Shown piece by piece: positions 1 through 9,146 of a stretch of 64,000 bases of DNA. The position numbers were made by a program, and so were the translations under genes. The notes beneath the pieces are model-generated. The model was given only the letters and a program-made list of their open reading frames with translations. It had not been told where the DNA came from and searched no databases. The stretch's first letter is position 1. Each line of letters opens with the position of its first letter. Source of the DNA: an uncultured Chloroflexia bacterium (GTDB lineage: Bacteria; Chloroflexota; Ktedonobacteria; Ktedonobacterales; Ktedonobacteraceae); assembly GCA_963699315.1 (NCBI GenBank), contig OY969433.1, positions 767,579 to 831,578 on the forward strand, given 5' to 3'.

Positions 1-1351
1 TTTTGGTTATCAGATCGGCTATGTGGAAGGAATGCGCATTACAAGCCACTGGGATACACTTAATCTTATCCGCGAATGGGGTTTTCCGGTCAATCCGCAT
101 GTACAATTAGCACATAATCTCGACGAGGTCATGGCATATTGTAATAAGTGGGAAAAAGAACGTTTTGATCTTCCTTATGAAATAGATGGTGTGGTGATCA
201 AAATCAACGATCTAGACCACCAGGAGGAACTTGGGACAGTTGCTCATGATCCACGCTGGGCTATCGCCTTTAAATATCCACCAATTCAGGTAGCGACACA
301 ACTTTTAGACATTCGCGTCAATGTTGGTCGTACTGGCTCACTGAATCCCTGGGCTGTCCTTGAACCCGTCAACATTCGTGGCGTTACCGTCTCACGTGCA
401 TCATTGCACAATGAAGGAGATATCCAGCGTAAAGACCTGCGCATCGGAGACTGGGTACTAGTACAACGTGCTGGTGAAGTTATCCCTCAGGTTGTAAAAC
501 CAGTGATAGAGAGACGTACGGGCAAAGAAAAAGTTTATCAACTTCCTGAACGTTGTCCGTTTTGTGATACGCCAATCATTCGTATTCCTGATCAAGCGAT
601 GGCCTACTGTCCCAATAAAGAGTGCCCAGAACGCATTCTGCAAAGCGTCACCCACTTTGTCTCCAAGGGAGCTATGGATATCGATACCATTGGCGAAAAG
701 ATGTCAGAACAGCTTGTCAAGGCTGGCTACATCAAAAGCCTCTCCGATTTCTACCATTTGACCGAAGAACAATTGCTAGCACTAGATGGCGTTAAGAAAA
801 AGAGTGCTGACAACATGCTCAAGGCCATTCAAGCCAGTAAGCAACGACCATTATGGCGTGTCCTCTTCGGTCTTAATATTCGTTATATCGGTGAGAAATC
901 GGCCCAACTATTGGCAAACGCATTTGGTAGCATTGATGACTTAAAACAAGCCAGCGCAGAAGAGATTATCAAAGTGCCTGGCGTTGGCCCGGAGATAGGT
1001 CAGAGCGTTTATAGTTGGTTACAGGATGAAGATAATCTGGCGCTTATCGAACGTCTACGTGCCGCCGGATTAACATTAATAGAGGAAAAATCCGATCAGA
1101 TAGGACCACTCACGGGTCAGTCGTTCTTGCTCACAGGACGCCTGCACACGATGACACGTACAGATGCTGAAGAGTCAATTACACACTTAGGCGGAAAGAT
1201 CGCTACTGGCGTTAGTAAATCGCTTAGCCATCTGATAGTTGGCGAAGACCCAGGTTCCAAATTAGCTAAAGCACAGAAAACTGGCGTGACAATTCACGAT
1301 GAAGAATGGCTAGTCAATTTGCTCAAAGAGCAGACTGCTGAAGCAAGTTAA
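1..1351 (+). CDS. ligA: NAD-dependent DNA ligase LigA, C-terminal ~450 aa (5' end off-window)
   Basis: The frame is open from base 2 (FGYQIGYVEGMRITSHW...), so the gene starts upstream of the window. It has a Cys4 zinc finger (CPFCDTPIIRIPDQAMAYCPNKECP), an HhH region and a C-terminal BRCT-like segment (GQSFLLTGRL...HLIVGEDPGSKLAKAQKTGV). Confidence 0.95.
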   Translation, partial: FGYQIGYVEGMRITSHWDTLNLIREWGFPVNPHVQLAHNLDEVMAYCNKWEKERFDLPYEIDGVVIKINDLDHQEELGTVAHDPRWAIAFKYPPIQVATQLLDIRVNVGRTGSLNPWAVLEPVNIRGVTVSRASLHNEGDIQRKDLRIGDWVLVQRAGEVIPQVVKPVIERRTGKEKVYQLPERCPFCDTPIIRIPDQAMAYCPNKECPERILQSVTHFVSKGAMDIDTIGEKMSEQLVKAGYIKSLSDFYHLTEEQLLALDGVKKKSADNMLKAIQASKQRPLWRVLFGLNIRYIGEKSAQLLANAFGSIDDLKQASAEEIIKVPGVGPEIGQSVYSWLQDEDNLALIERLRAAGLTLIEEKSDQIGPLTGQSFLLTGRLHTMTRTDAEESITHLGGKIATGVSKSLSHLIVGEDPGSKLAKAQKTGVTIHDEEWLVNLLKEQTAEAS

Positions 1352-1362
1352 CCTTTATTTTG

Positions 1363-1412
1363 CTATGATTGTTCTACTATGTCGCTGTTACATCATCCTA
1401 GAACAATCATAG
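1363..1412. terminator. Hairpin between convergent ligA and kinase genes (14-bp stem, 22-nt loop)
   Basis: Perfect inverted repeat: ctatgattgttcta (1363-1376) pairs with tagaacaatcatag (1399-1412). Confidence 0.6.
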
Positions 1413-1433
1413 ACATTCATTCTGCAATTAATG

Positions 1434-3152
1434 CTACTTTGAAAGGGCATTGAGATTGGATGTAGGCAGAAGCTTTAACTCACCAGCATCTAGACCAACA
1501 ATATAATAACCCTGAAAGTTTTTAATTATAGTTACACCACTATCATCAACTTCAGTTGTTGCTATACGCACATTGACTTGATACGTACCATCAGTACGCT
1601 GAATAGTATCCTCGTAGGTCACATTATCATGTTGCGTCCCTGCAAATCCTCCAGCAAATTGGTCATAAGGATATTTCAACTGGTATGCTGCTGACCATTG
1701 ATGGTAAGCATCCAGAAAATCTGTCTTGTTGATATCACGGTAATAGCGCTGAACAACAGCTTCTGCTTCTTCAGATGGCGTTGCCGTCGCTGTTGGGATG
1801 GGTGTTGCCGTCGCAACAACCAGAGGAGTCGAGATCGGCGAAAAATCAGAGAGGGAGGTGAAATATCCGGCGATATGAGGCACGAGCAACACACCCACAA
1901 TACATAAAACGATTACAACACAAAATGCCAGGATCCAATTCGATCCAACTCGTGATTTGTGAGGCTGATTTTGTACATGATTAGTGTAGACTGGTGCTTG
2001 AGGATTTTGTGTCGCATTGAACGTATTTGTCAATGGCGAATATGGCATGCTTCCATGTGGTGTATACACGACATCACCTGGTGCAGATGTATAAGAAATA
2101 TTGGGTATACTTCCATATGGAGCATTCGAGTTAGTAGATGGTGGCTCCGATCGATTAGAGGTTTCAAACGGATAATAGGCATTTGGGACGGCCCCGAAAA
2201 GAGAATTACTGCTGTTGTATGGCTGCGATGGTGCAGGAAACGGAGCAACAGGAGAACTATTTGCATTCAGAGAAAATGAAAGCGGTGCTATGATAGCATT
2301 ACGAACCGCTTCAACCATTTCACGCGCCGAATTATAACGATCCTCAGGTCTTTTAGACAGAGCCTTCAGCACGGCCATATCAAGTGCCAATGGGATAGAT
2401 GGGTCTAGTCGAGTGAGGGATGGTGGCATCTCATTGATATGCTTGGCTGCAATAGAAAGAACTGTCTCTCCCTGAAAAGGAACACGTCCAGCAAGCATTT
2501 GAAATAGCACAATTCCCAGTTCATAGAGGTCAGCTCGGTAGTCGATCTTATGTCCCTGAACCATTTCAGGGGCCATATATTCAACAGACCCCAAAAATTG
2601 TCCAACTGCTGTCAGCGATGGATCGGATAAATCACCGGCATTGCTATCTTGCGTAATGCGAGCTATACCAAAATCCACTAACACCAGACGTCCATCTGCA
2701 TGAAAAAGTATATTGCCAGGCTTGATATCACGATGAATAATTTGATGTTCATGAGCATATTGCAAAGCTGAACCAGCCTGCTCGATGTACTTGAACGCTT
2801 CTTGAGGAGAAAGTTTGCCTCGTTCTTCTAGCAAAGTCCGCAAGCTCCCTCCAGTAAGATATGGCATAATAAGATAGGCTAATCCATCTTGCTCATCGTA
2901 TTCATAAATGGGAAGAATGTTTACATGATCAAGCCGAGCAATCACATTTGCCTCACGGCGAAAACGGGCCAGAAATTCCTTGTGAGCGTCAGTATATATG
3001 CTAGATCCCGAGCGCAGAACCTTCACAGCAACATCACGTATAGGACGAGTTTGATGAGCCAAATAGACCATCCCCATACCGCCAGCACCAATCTCGCGAT
3101 CCAGTACACATGTACCTAGTTGTTTTCCAATGAGATGATCATTACTTTCCAT
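1434..3152 (-). CDS. Hanks-type Ser/Thr protein kinase with one TM helix and an extracytoplasmic C-terminal domain
   Basis: Kinase motifs are GAGGMGMVYLA, VAVKVL, HRDIKPGNILF, DFGIA and YMAPE. These are followed by a Pro/Ser/Asn-rich linker, a hydrophobic helix (WILAFCVVIVLCIVGVLLV) and a ~110-aa C-terminal domain. Confidence 0.93.
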   Translation of the reverse strand: MESNDHLIGKQLGTCVLDREIGAGGMGMVYLAHQTRPIRDVAVKVLRSGSSIYTDAHKEFLARFRREANVIARLDHVNILPIYEYDEQDGLAYLIMPYLTGGSLRTLLEERGKLSPQEAFKYIEQAGSALQYAHEHQIIHRDIKPGNILFHADGRLVLVDFGIARITQDSNAGDLSDPSLTAVGQFLGSVEYMAPEMVQGHKIDYRADLYELGIVLFQMLAGRVPFQGETVLSIAAKHINEMPPSLTRLDPSIPLALDMAVLKALSKRPEDRYNSAREMVEAVRNAIIAPLSFSLNANSSPVAPFPAPSQPYNSSNSLFGAVPNAYYPFETSNRSEPPSTNSNAPYGSIPNISYTSAPGDVVYTPHGSMPYSPLTNTFNATQNPQAPVYTNHVQNQPHKSRVGSNWILAFCVVIVLCIVGVLLVPHIAGYFTSLSDFSPISTPLVVATATPIPTATATPSEEAEAVVQRYYRDINKTDFLDAYHQWSAAYQLKYPYDQFAGGFAGTQHDNVTYEDTIQRTDGTYQVNVRIATTEVDDSGVTIIKNFQGYYIVGLDAGELKLLPTSNLNALSK

Positions 3153-3418
3153 GAAAAATTATCCACTTCTATAACTTGTCTTATAAAACATACCAGTGGC
3201 TATATATTGAACAATAGACGCAAAAATTCATGTCAACGCCTCGCGTAACATCTCTTCGTAAACGTCATACCGCCTATTATTTATGGAGCAAAATAAGTGG
3301 TCTTTTTTATGAACGAAAGAAAACACAAGAATGTATCTAAATATGCCAAATAAACAAAGAATAAGAAATTTATGCATTCAAAAGAAATTGTTACTTCTCA
3401 CTAAACAATCCAAAAGCC

Positions 3419-3444
3419 GGGACAAGATGTATTGATCTTATCCC
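3419..3444 (-). terminator. Rho-independent terminator candidate downstream of glyA
   Basis: On the minus strand, GGGAUAAGAU-CAAUAC-AUCUUGUCCC forms a 10-bp stem with one G-U pair. It is followed by GGCUUUUGG. Confidence 0.6.
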
Positions 3445-3470
3445 AACCTCTTCTGCCAAATCATATTGAT

Positions 3471-4766
3471 CTAAACATATTTCATTTCTGTATACCGAGT
3501 ACGAAACGCATGAACTTGCTCTTTGACATTTTTACCACGTACGCTATCGTGAATGAATTGGGCTATTTCGCCCATCCCCTGTTCATCTACACCAAAACGC
3601 GTCATCTCAGAGACCCCAATACGTAAACCCGAAGGATTACGAGGATCAGCATCACCCGGGAGCATATTATAATTCAAGATAATATCGCTCTCCTCCAGGC
3701 GCTTCGCTACATCCACACCACCGCCCCATTCAGCGACATTCACAGCAATCATGTGACTCTGGGTGTAGCCAAAATCACGCGCCTCAACAGGCGTACCAAG
3801 ACCATCCAGACTACGTCCAAGCACCTGAGCATTGCGCACAATCTGCGCTGCATATTCGCGTCCATAGCGCTTCATCTCACGAATAGCAACCACTAGAGCC
3901 GGAAGTGTATTTAGATGGTGATTGCTGGATGATCCCGGAAATACACCGCGATCAGCAGGTTGCCAATACTTCTTGATCGCAGCAGCATCTGTCAGATTGC
4001 TCAGAATAATGCCACGCTGTGGTCCGGGAAAGGTCTTATGAGTGCTGCCTGTCATCCAGGTTGCCCCCTCTTTTAATGGAGACTGAAATTGTCCACCAGC
4101 GACCAAACCGAGTACATGGGCTGCATCATAAAGAACGGGAATCTCTTGCGTTTTACAAAAGGCGGCAATCTCTGAGACTGGCTCAGGGAACAAGAAAAGG
4201 CTTTTCCCCAAAATCACGAGTTGTGGATGGAGTTGATCGACAAGTTCGATGGTCTTCTGCCCATCAACATGATAACGATCTTCTGTCAGCGGCAGATAGT
4301 TAAGATGAATGCTACTGGCACCTCCCAGTTTGAGCGATTGACCCCGATTCTGTATGCGTCGTCCAAAGACCCCTACAGCACCGTGGCTGATGTGTCCGCC
4401 AGCATCTGTCGAGTTCGCAATGACTGTATCACCGCCACGTAGCACACTTAAAGCCAGAGCTGTATTTGCTGCATTACCACTAATGGGGCGAACATCAGCC
4501 TGCTTCACATCAAATAAGTCCAGTAGCTCATGCTCAGCCATCCGCTCAATTTGATCAATGTAGTAGGTCCCTTGATAATAGCGATTGACGTCCTCACCTT
4601 CGTTAGGATGTCCTTCGGCATAGCGACCCATAAAATCAGAATTCTGCACTCGGCGTACAGCATCGCTGGGCGTGTTCTCGCTGGCAATTAAATTTATCGT
4701 TTGAGTCTGACGCCAATTCTCTTGTTGGCGAATAATTTCTTCAATATCATGTATATCAATGGTCAT
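3471..4766 (-). CDS. glyA: Serine hydroxymethyltransferase
   Basis: The PLP-lysine motif is GSTHKTFPGPQRG and SHMT-like blocks run throughout. I chose the start at ATG 4766 (MTIDIHD...) because AGGAG lies 7-8 nt upstream; the ORF-track start at 4856 has no RBS. Confidence 0.9.
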   Translation of the reverse strand: MTIDIHDIEEIIRQQENWRQTQTINLIASENTPSDAVRRVQNSDFMGRYAEGHPNEGEDVNRYYQGTYYIDQIERMAEHELLDLFDVKQADVRPISGNAANTALALSVLRGGDTVIANSTDAGGHISHGAVGVFGRRIQNRGQSLKLGGASSIHLNYLPLTEDRYHVDGQKTIELVDQLHPQLVILGKSLFLFPEPVSEIAAFCKTQEIPVLYDAAHVLGLVAGGQFQSPLKEGATWMTGSTHKTFPGPQRGIILSNLTDAAAIKKYWQPADRGVFPGSSSNHHLNTLPALVVAIREMKRYGREYAAQIVRNAQVLGRSLDGLGTPVEARDFGYTQSHMIAVNVAEWGGGVDVAKRLEESDIILNYNMLPGDADPRNPSGLRIGVSEMTRFGVDEQGMGEIAQFIHDSVRGKNVKEQVHAFRTRYTEMKYV

Positions 4767-5401
4767 AAAAAAACTCCTTTTATGCGAATCATACTGAGCA
4801 AAGACTTTTTCAGTATAGCATATCCTTGCCAAAAGAAGCATACTCGACGTTGCCATTTTTTACGCACTTATAACATGTACAACATATAATATTACGCAAA
4901 TGAACACACAACGTCATCTAAAAAGAAAAGAAAGGTCAGGTCCTTCTCATGCTTGGTGGTGCGCCGAAAGCACATAGGTCTCGCTACCAATTTTATTTCG
5001 TAATCATATAGATGGCTCCTTGTAAAGAAGAGATCGCTTAAACAATTCGGGTACGATGCCGATTGTATTAAGGATAGAAAATAACAGTTCTACCAAGAAA
5101 TATATGGTCTATTGTATCCTGCAATGGTAAGGATTGCACAATGGATGAGGCAATAAATCTCAGCAGGTCATCTTTTACATCACCATGATATAGTTTGATA
5201 CTTGGTTGAACATGTTACATAATTTTGATATACTACGTTTACGCCTTCTAAATGAGAAGGGAGAATGTGTATAACTTTTCTCTGTACTGTGAAACAGCCA
5301 TTCACGTGGCCGCGTCGCATTGGTGGTCTAAGACAGACCTCCCCACCGAAATAGTCTGATCCCAGACCACTGCTGTGTAGAAACTCAGGAGGATTGGGTT
5401 T

Positions 5402-7462
5402 ATGAAAGTTTATCGGGCGGAACACATTCGCAATGTTGCACTCATTTCTCACGTTGGAACTGGTAAAACGTCCCTCATTGATGCTGCACTCTTTGACAGT
5501 GGTGCAGTTACACGCTTGGGCAAGGTGGATGATGGAACTTCGGTAATTGATTATGATCCAGAAGAACTCAAACGACGTATGTCACTACAAGTGAAAGTGA
5601 TCCCCGTCGAATGGAGAGATCATAAAATCAACTTTATTGATACTCCTGGCTATCCCGATTTTTTGGGTGAGGTAAAAGCCGGTCTACGCGTTGCAGATGC
5701 TGCACTCGTGGTGGTTACGGCAGAAAAAGGAGTGGAAGTCGGCACAGAACTTACCTGGCAATTTGCGAATGAACGAAACCTCCCTCGCATCATCCTCGTC
5801 AATAAACTGGATCGTGAAAATACTTCTTTTGAGCAAGCTATAACATCTCTTCGTACACAATTCGGTCCTAAAGTCATTCCCATACAACTTCCGATCGGCG
5901 AACAGGCCAACTTTAAAGGTATTGTTGATTTAGTATCGTGTAAGGGTTATACCTTCGAGGGGGACAATAAAGTACAGGAAATTTCTGTTCCAGCAGAACT
6001 ACAAGAACAGGTCACAAGCTATCGCGATCAGTTAATCGAGGCAGCAGTGGAAAGTGACGACACGCTGATGGAAAAATTCCTGGATGGCATATCCCTCAGT
6101 GATGAAGAAGTGCTCTCGATTATTAAGGAAGGTACATCCACTGGTATCATTATTCCTGTTCTATGTGGATCAGCCACTAGAAATATCGGCATACAACCAT
6201 TACTAGATGTCATTGTTAATTATATACCTGATCCTCTCCACGCGGTTACCGAGGAGGTCAAGGCCTTTGGCAACGATGTTTCCGCCTTTATCTTTAAGAC
6301 CGCCTCGACACAGGTAGGAACGACCTCAGCGTTTCGTGTCTTCAGCGGCACGCTCAAATCAGATATGCATCTCACCAATATGCGGACAAACGTTGAGGAA
6401 CGCATGAGCCAACTCGTGATTCAACATGGCAAGACACAGGAACCAGCCAATGAGATCCCTACAGGGGACTTTGGAGCGGTCGCAAAACTCACTGATACAC
6501 ATACCAACGATACACTCACCAACAGCAAAGAGATTACAACACCACTGAGTCCCATCTGTTTTCCAATGCCATGTTACGTGGTGGCAATTGTGCCACATAG
6601 CCAGACCGATCTGGATAAGATGGGTAGCGCCTTAGCACGTATTAGTGAGGAAGATCGGACAATACAGATTTCACGAGATCCAGAAACTGCGGAAGTATTA
6701 TTGTCAGGGATGGGAGAAACACATTTACAAATTCTAGTAGAGGGGATAAAACGTAAATATGCGGTGGATCTCCTCACCCATGATCGGCGTATCTCATATA
6801 GAGAGACTATTCGCAAGAAGGCTAAAGCGAATGGGCGACATAAACGCCAAAGTGGCGGTCATGGACAATTTGGCGATGTCTGGCTAGAAATCGAACCATT
6901 ACCACGCGATAGTGAAAAAACGTTTGTGTTTGAAGATAAAATCGTAGGTGGTGTCGTACCTGGACAATTTATTCCCGGTGTCGAAAAAGGTATCCGTGAA
7001 GCGCTTAAGCGTGGCTTTCTCAGCGGCCATCCAATGGTCTATGTAAAAGTTGCCCTCGTCGATGGCAAATATCATCCAGTGGATTCCTCTGCCCAATCTT
7101 TTGAAGTCGCAGCTTCATTAGGAATGCAGGAGGCCGTATCACAAGCCAATCCCGTGCTCCTTGAGCCTATTATGAATGTGACGATAGACATACCCGAGCA
7201 TAATATGGGCGATGTTATGAGCGATATTAATACGAAGCGCGGCCACGTTATGGGCATGGAGTCGGCTGAAAACGGCTATCAACGTATCACAGCAGCCGTC
7301 CCCCAAGCAGAAATGTTGCACTATGCGACTGATCTACGCTCGATTACGCAAGGTCGTGGTACGTTTACGATGGAGTTTGCTCAGTACGCAGAAGTTCCAG
7401 CCAACGTTCAACAGGATATTATCTCCGAGCGGAAGAAACACGAGGAAGTCGCTCACAAATAG
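5402..7462 (+). CDS. Elongation factor G paralog (EF-G2-like translational GTPase)
   Basis: AGGAGG lies 9 nt upstream of the ATG. The G domain has ISHVGTGKTS (G1), DTPGYPDF (G3) and NKLD (G4), and the five-domain EF-G length is 686 aa. The gene is not in a str-operon context. Confidence 0.88.
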   Translation: MKVYRAEHIRNVALISHVGTGKTSLIDAALFDSGAVTRLGKVDDGTSVIDYDPEELKRRMSLQVKVIPVEWRDHKINFIDTPGYPDFLGEVKAGLRVADAALVVVTAEKGVEVGTELTWQFANERNLPRIILVNKLDRENTSFEQAITSLRTQFGPKVIPIQLPIGEQANFKGIVDLVSCKGYTFEGDNKVQEISVPAELQEQVTSYRDQLIEAAVESDDTLMEKFLDGISLSDEEVLSIIKEGTSTGIIIPVLCGSATRNIGIQPLLDVIVNYIPDPLHAVTEEVKAFGNDVSAFIFKTASTQVGTTSAFRVFSGTLKSDMHLTNMRTNVEERMSQLVIQHGKTQEPANEIPTGDFGAVAKLTDTHTNDTLTNSKEITTPLSPICFPMPCYVVAIVPHSQTDLDKMGSALARISEEDRTIQISRDPETAEVLLSGMGETHLQILVEGIKRKYAVDLLTHDRRISYRETIRKKAKANGRHKRQSGGHGQFGDVWLEIEPLPRDSEKTFVFEDKIVGGVVPGQFIPGVEKGIREALKRGFLSGHPMVYVKVALVDGKYHPVDSSAQSFEVAASLGMQEAVSQANPVLLEPIMNVTIDIPEHNMGDVMSDINTKRGHVMGMESAENGYQRITAAVPQAEMLHYATDLRSITQGRGTFTMEFAQYAEVPANVQQDIISERKKHEEVAHK

Positions 7463-7473
7463 TTTTATGCTTT

Positions 7474-7525
7474 TTGCGCGCTGTTTATTTTTCAGGCTTA
7501 AGTCTGAAAAATAAACAGCGCGCAA
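7474..7525. terminator. Perfect 22-bp inverted repeat between convergent EF-G-like and MFS genes
   Basis: ttgcgcgctgtttatttttcag (7474-7495) pairs with ctgaaaaataaacagcgcgcaa (7504-7525). The loop is gcttaagt. Confidence 0.7.
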
Positions 7526-7563
7526 ATCGCTTTTAATGTATTGCCTGATTAGATAACAGCAAT

Positions 7564-8817
7564 TTATTCATTACGCCTCAAGGCATGCATACGCATATTC
7601 TTTGTATTCAATACAAAAACAGCTAAAGCGATAACTATAAATGCGCAGGCAACAATACTAACGCCGGTCCACTGGTCGATACCCCAACCGATTGTAGCAA
7701 GCAAAGATCCTAACGAACCACCAACAAAGTAGCAAAACATATACACTGTATTCAAGCGATTACGCGCTCCAGAGCCTAGGCTATAGATACGCGATTGACT
7801 GGTCACTTGATTTCCTTGTGTACCAAGATCTAACAAAACAGTACCAATAATCAATCCCCATAACCATTGGCCAGCGATCCACATCAGCACAAACGAAACT
7901 AGCGAAATCACTAGAGTAATACCATTCGCAAAACGTGGATCACGACGATCGGCAATCTTACCGACCACTGTTGCAGCCAACGCTCCCGCCATACCAACCA
8001 AACCAAATAGGCCAGCTACTTCACTCCCGAAATGGTATGGAGGTGTCTCCAGGAGAAAAGAGAGCGTTACCCAGAATGCGCTAAAAGCGCCGAAAGCCAT
8101 CGCTCCAAAGATACTAACTTCACGTAATACTGGTTCATTACGCATCAGCCCCCACAATGAGCGCAACAACTGTGGATAACTCATCGTACCCTTCTGGGAA
8201 TGATCATTAGGCAATAATAAACGTAAGAGTAATGCCAACAAAATCATGATAGCGGCCGCAATCCAATACATTGCACGCCATCCTAGGCTAGCAGCCACAA
8301 AACCGCTTAACGTACGAGCCAATAAAATACCAATGAGTAAACCACTCATTACCGTTCCGATCACCTGGCCGCGTGCATTTTCAGGAGCCAGGTTTGCAGC
8401 ATAGGGAATAATAAGCTGCGGTACTACTGTCGTCAGGCCAACCAGAAAACTAGCAATCGTAACGATCAACACGGAAGGAGAAGCCGCCATGGCGATCAAT
8501 GCGATCGTTACGGCAACCAGCATACCCACAATAAGTTTGCGCTGGTTATATTTATCGCCCAGAGGAATTATCAATAATAAGCCAACAGCATAGCCAACTT
8601 GCCCCATCGTTGCAACAAATCCGATCTGGCTCACTGACACAGAAAAACCTTGTGCCATTGCAGCCAGCATAGGCTGGATATAATAAAGATTCGCAACCGC
8701 TAAAGCACAGGCCACAGCCATAATGAAGACCAAACGTTTATCTATCGTAGCAGGTTCATTCCTGATTACTTCAGTGATAGAGTTAGATTCTATAACGCTA
8801 GTAAGTTCTTTATTCAA
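7564..8817 (-). CDS. MFS transporter
   Basis: A TTG start sits 8 nt after AAGGAG. There are about 12 hydrophobic helices and an MFS motif-A-like loop (PLGDKYNQRKL). Confidence 0.85.
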   Translation of the reverse strand: MNKELTSVIESNSITEVIRNEPATIDKRLVFIMAVACALAVANLYYIQPMLAAMAQGFSVSVSQIGFVATMGQVGYAVGLLLIIPLGDKYNQRKLIVGMLVAVTIALIAMAASPSVLIVTIASFLVGLTTVVPQLIIPYAANLAPENARGQVIGTVMSGLLIGILLARTLSGFVAASLGWRAMYWIAAAIMILLALLLRLLLPNDHSQKGTMSYPQLLRSLWGLMRNEPVLREVSIFGAMAFGAFSAFWVTLSFLLETPPYHFGSEVAGLFGLVGMAGALAATVVGKIADRRDPRFANGITLVISLVSFVLMWIAGQWLWGLIIGTVLLDLGTQGNQVTSQSRIYSLGSGARNRLNTVYMFCYFVGGSLGSLLATIGWGIDQWTGVSIVACAFIVIALAVFVLNTKNMRMHALRRNE

Positions 8818-9046
8818 AAGAATTACTCCTTTCTAACCACCAAATCAATTGATATATCGATTTTTTATACATACTATGCATACTATATAGGCAAAATAGG
8901 CAAATATATGAGTGAGATAGTCGCACAATCCACGTTCAAACCAGAACAACAAGCGGATCCATGGCACAATAGAATCCACCAATGTCTATATAGTAACAAA
9001 AAAGAGTTCCGATTTTATTGCATATCCTTAGCTGGAAAATGAAGTA

Positions 9047-9118
9047 AGAGTGATGGAAGGTGGCGCTTATTTAGCGGCTGGAAAGCCCTAGACATATACG
9101 CCATCTTCCATCACTCTT
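9047..9118 (-). terminator. Long hairpin (20-bp stem, 33-nt loop) just downstream of the oxidoreductase fusion gene
   Basis: aagagtgatggaaggtggcg (9047-9065/6) pairs with cgccatcttccatcactctt (9099-9118) with one G-U position. There is no strong U-tract. Confidence 0.4.
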
Positions 9119-9146
9119 CTGAGCTTAATTTAAAATTGGAGGCACT

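Noticed and set aside
4767-4856. 30-codon N-terminal extension of glyA.
   Set aside because: It has no RBS. The internal ATG at 4766 has AGGAG upstream and matches where SHMT homology begins.
5180-5452. 90-aa minus-strand ORF spanning the EF-G-like start region.
   Set aside because: It crosses the RBS and start of a well-supported gene and has no homology features. It is more likely a non-coding leader or promoter region.
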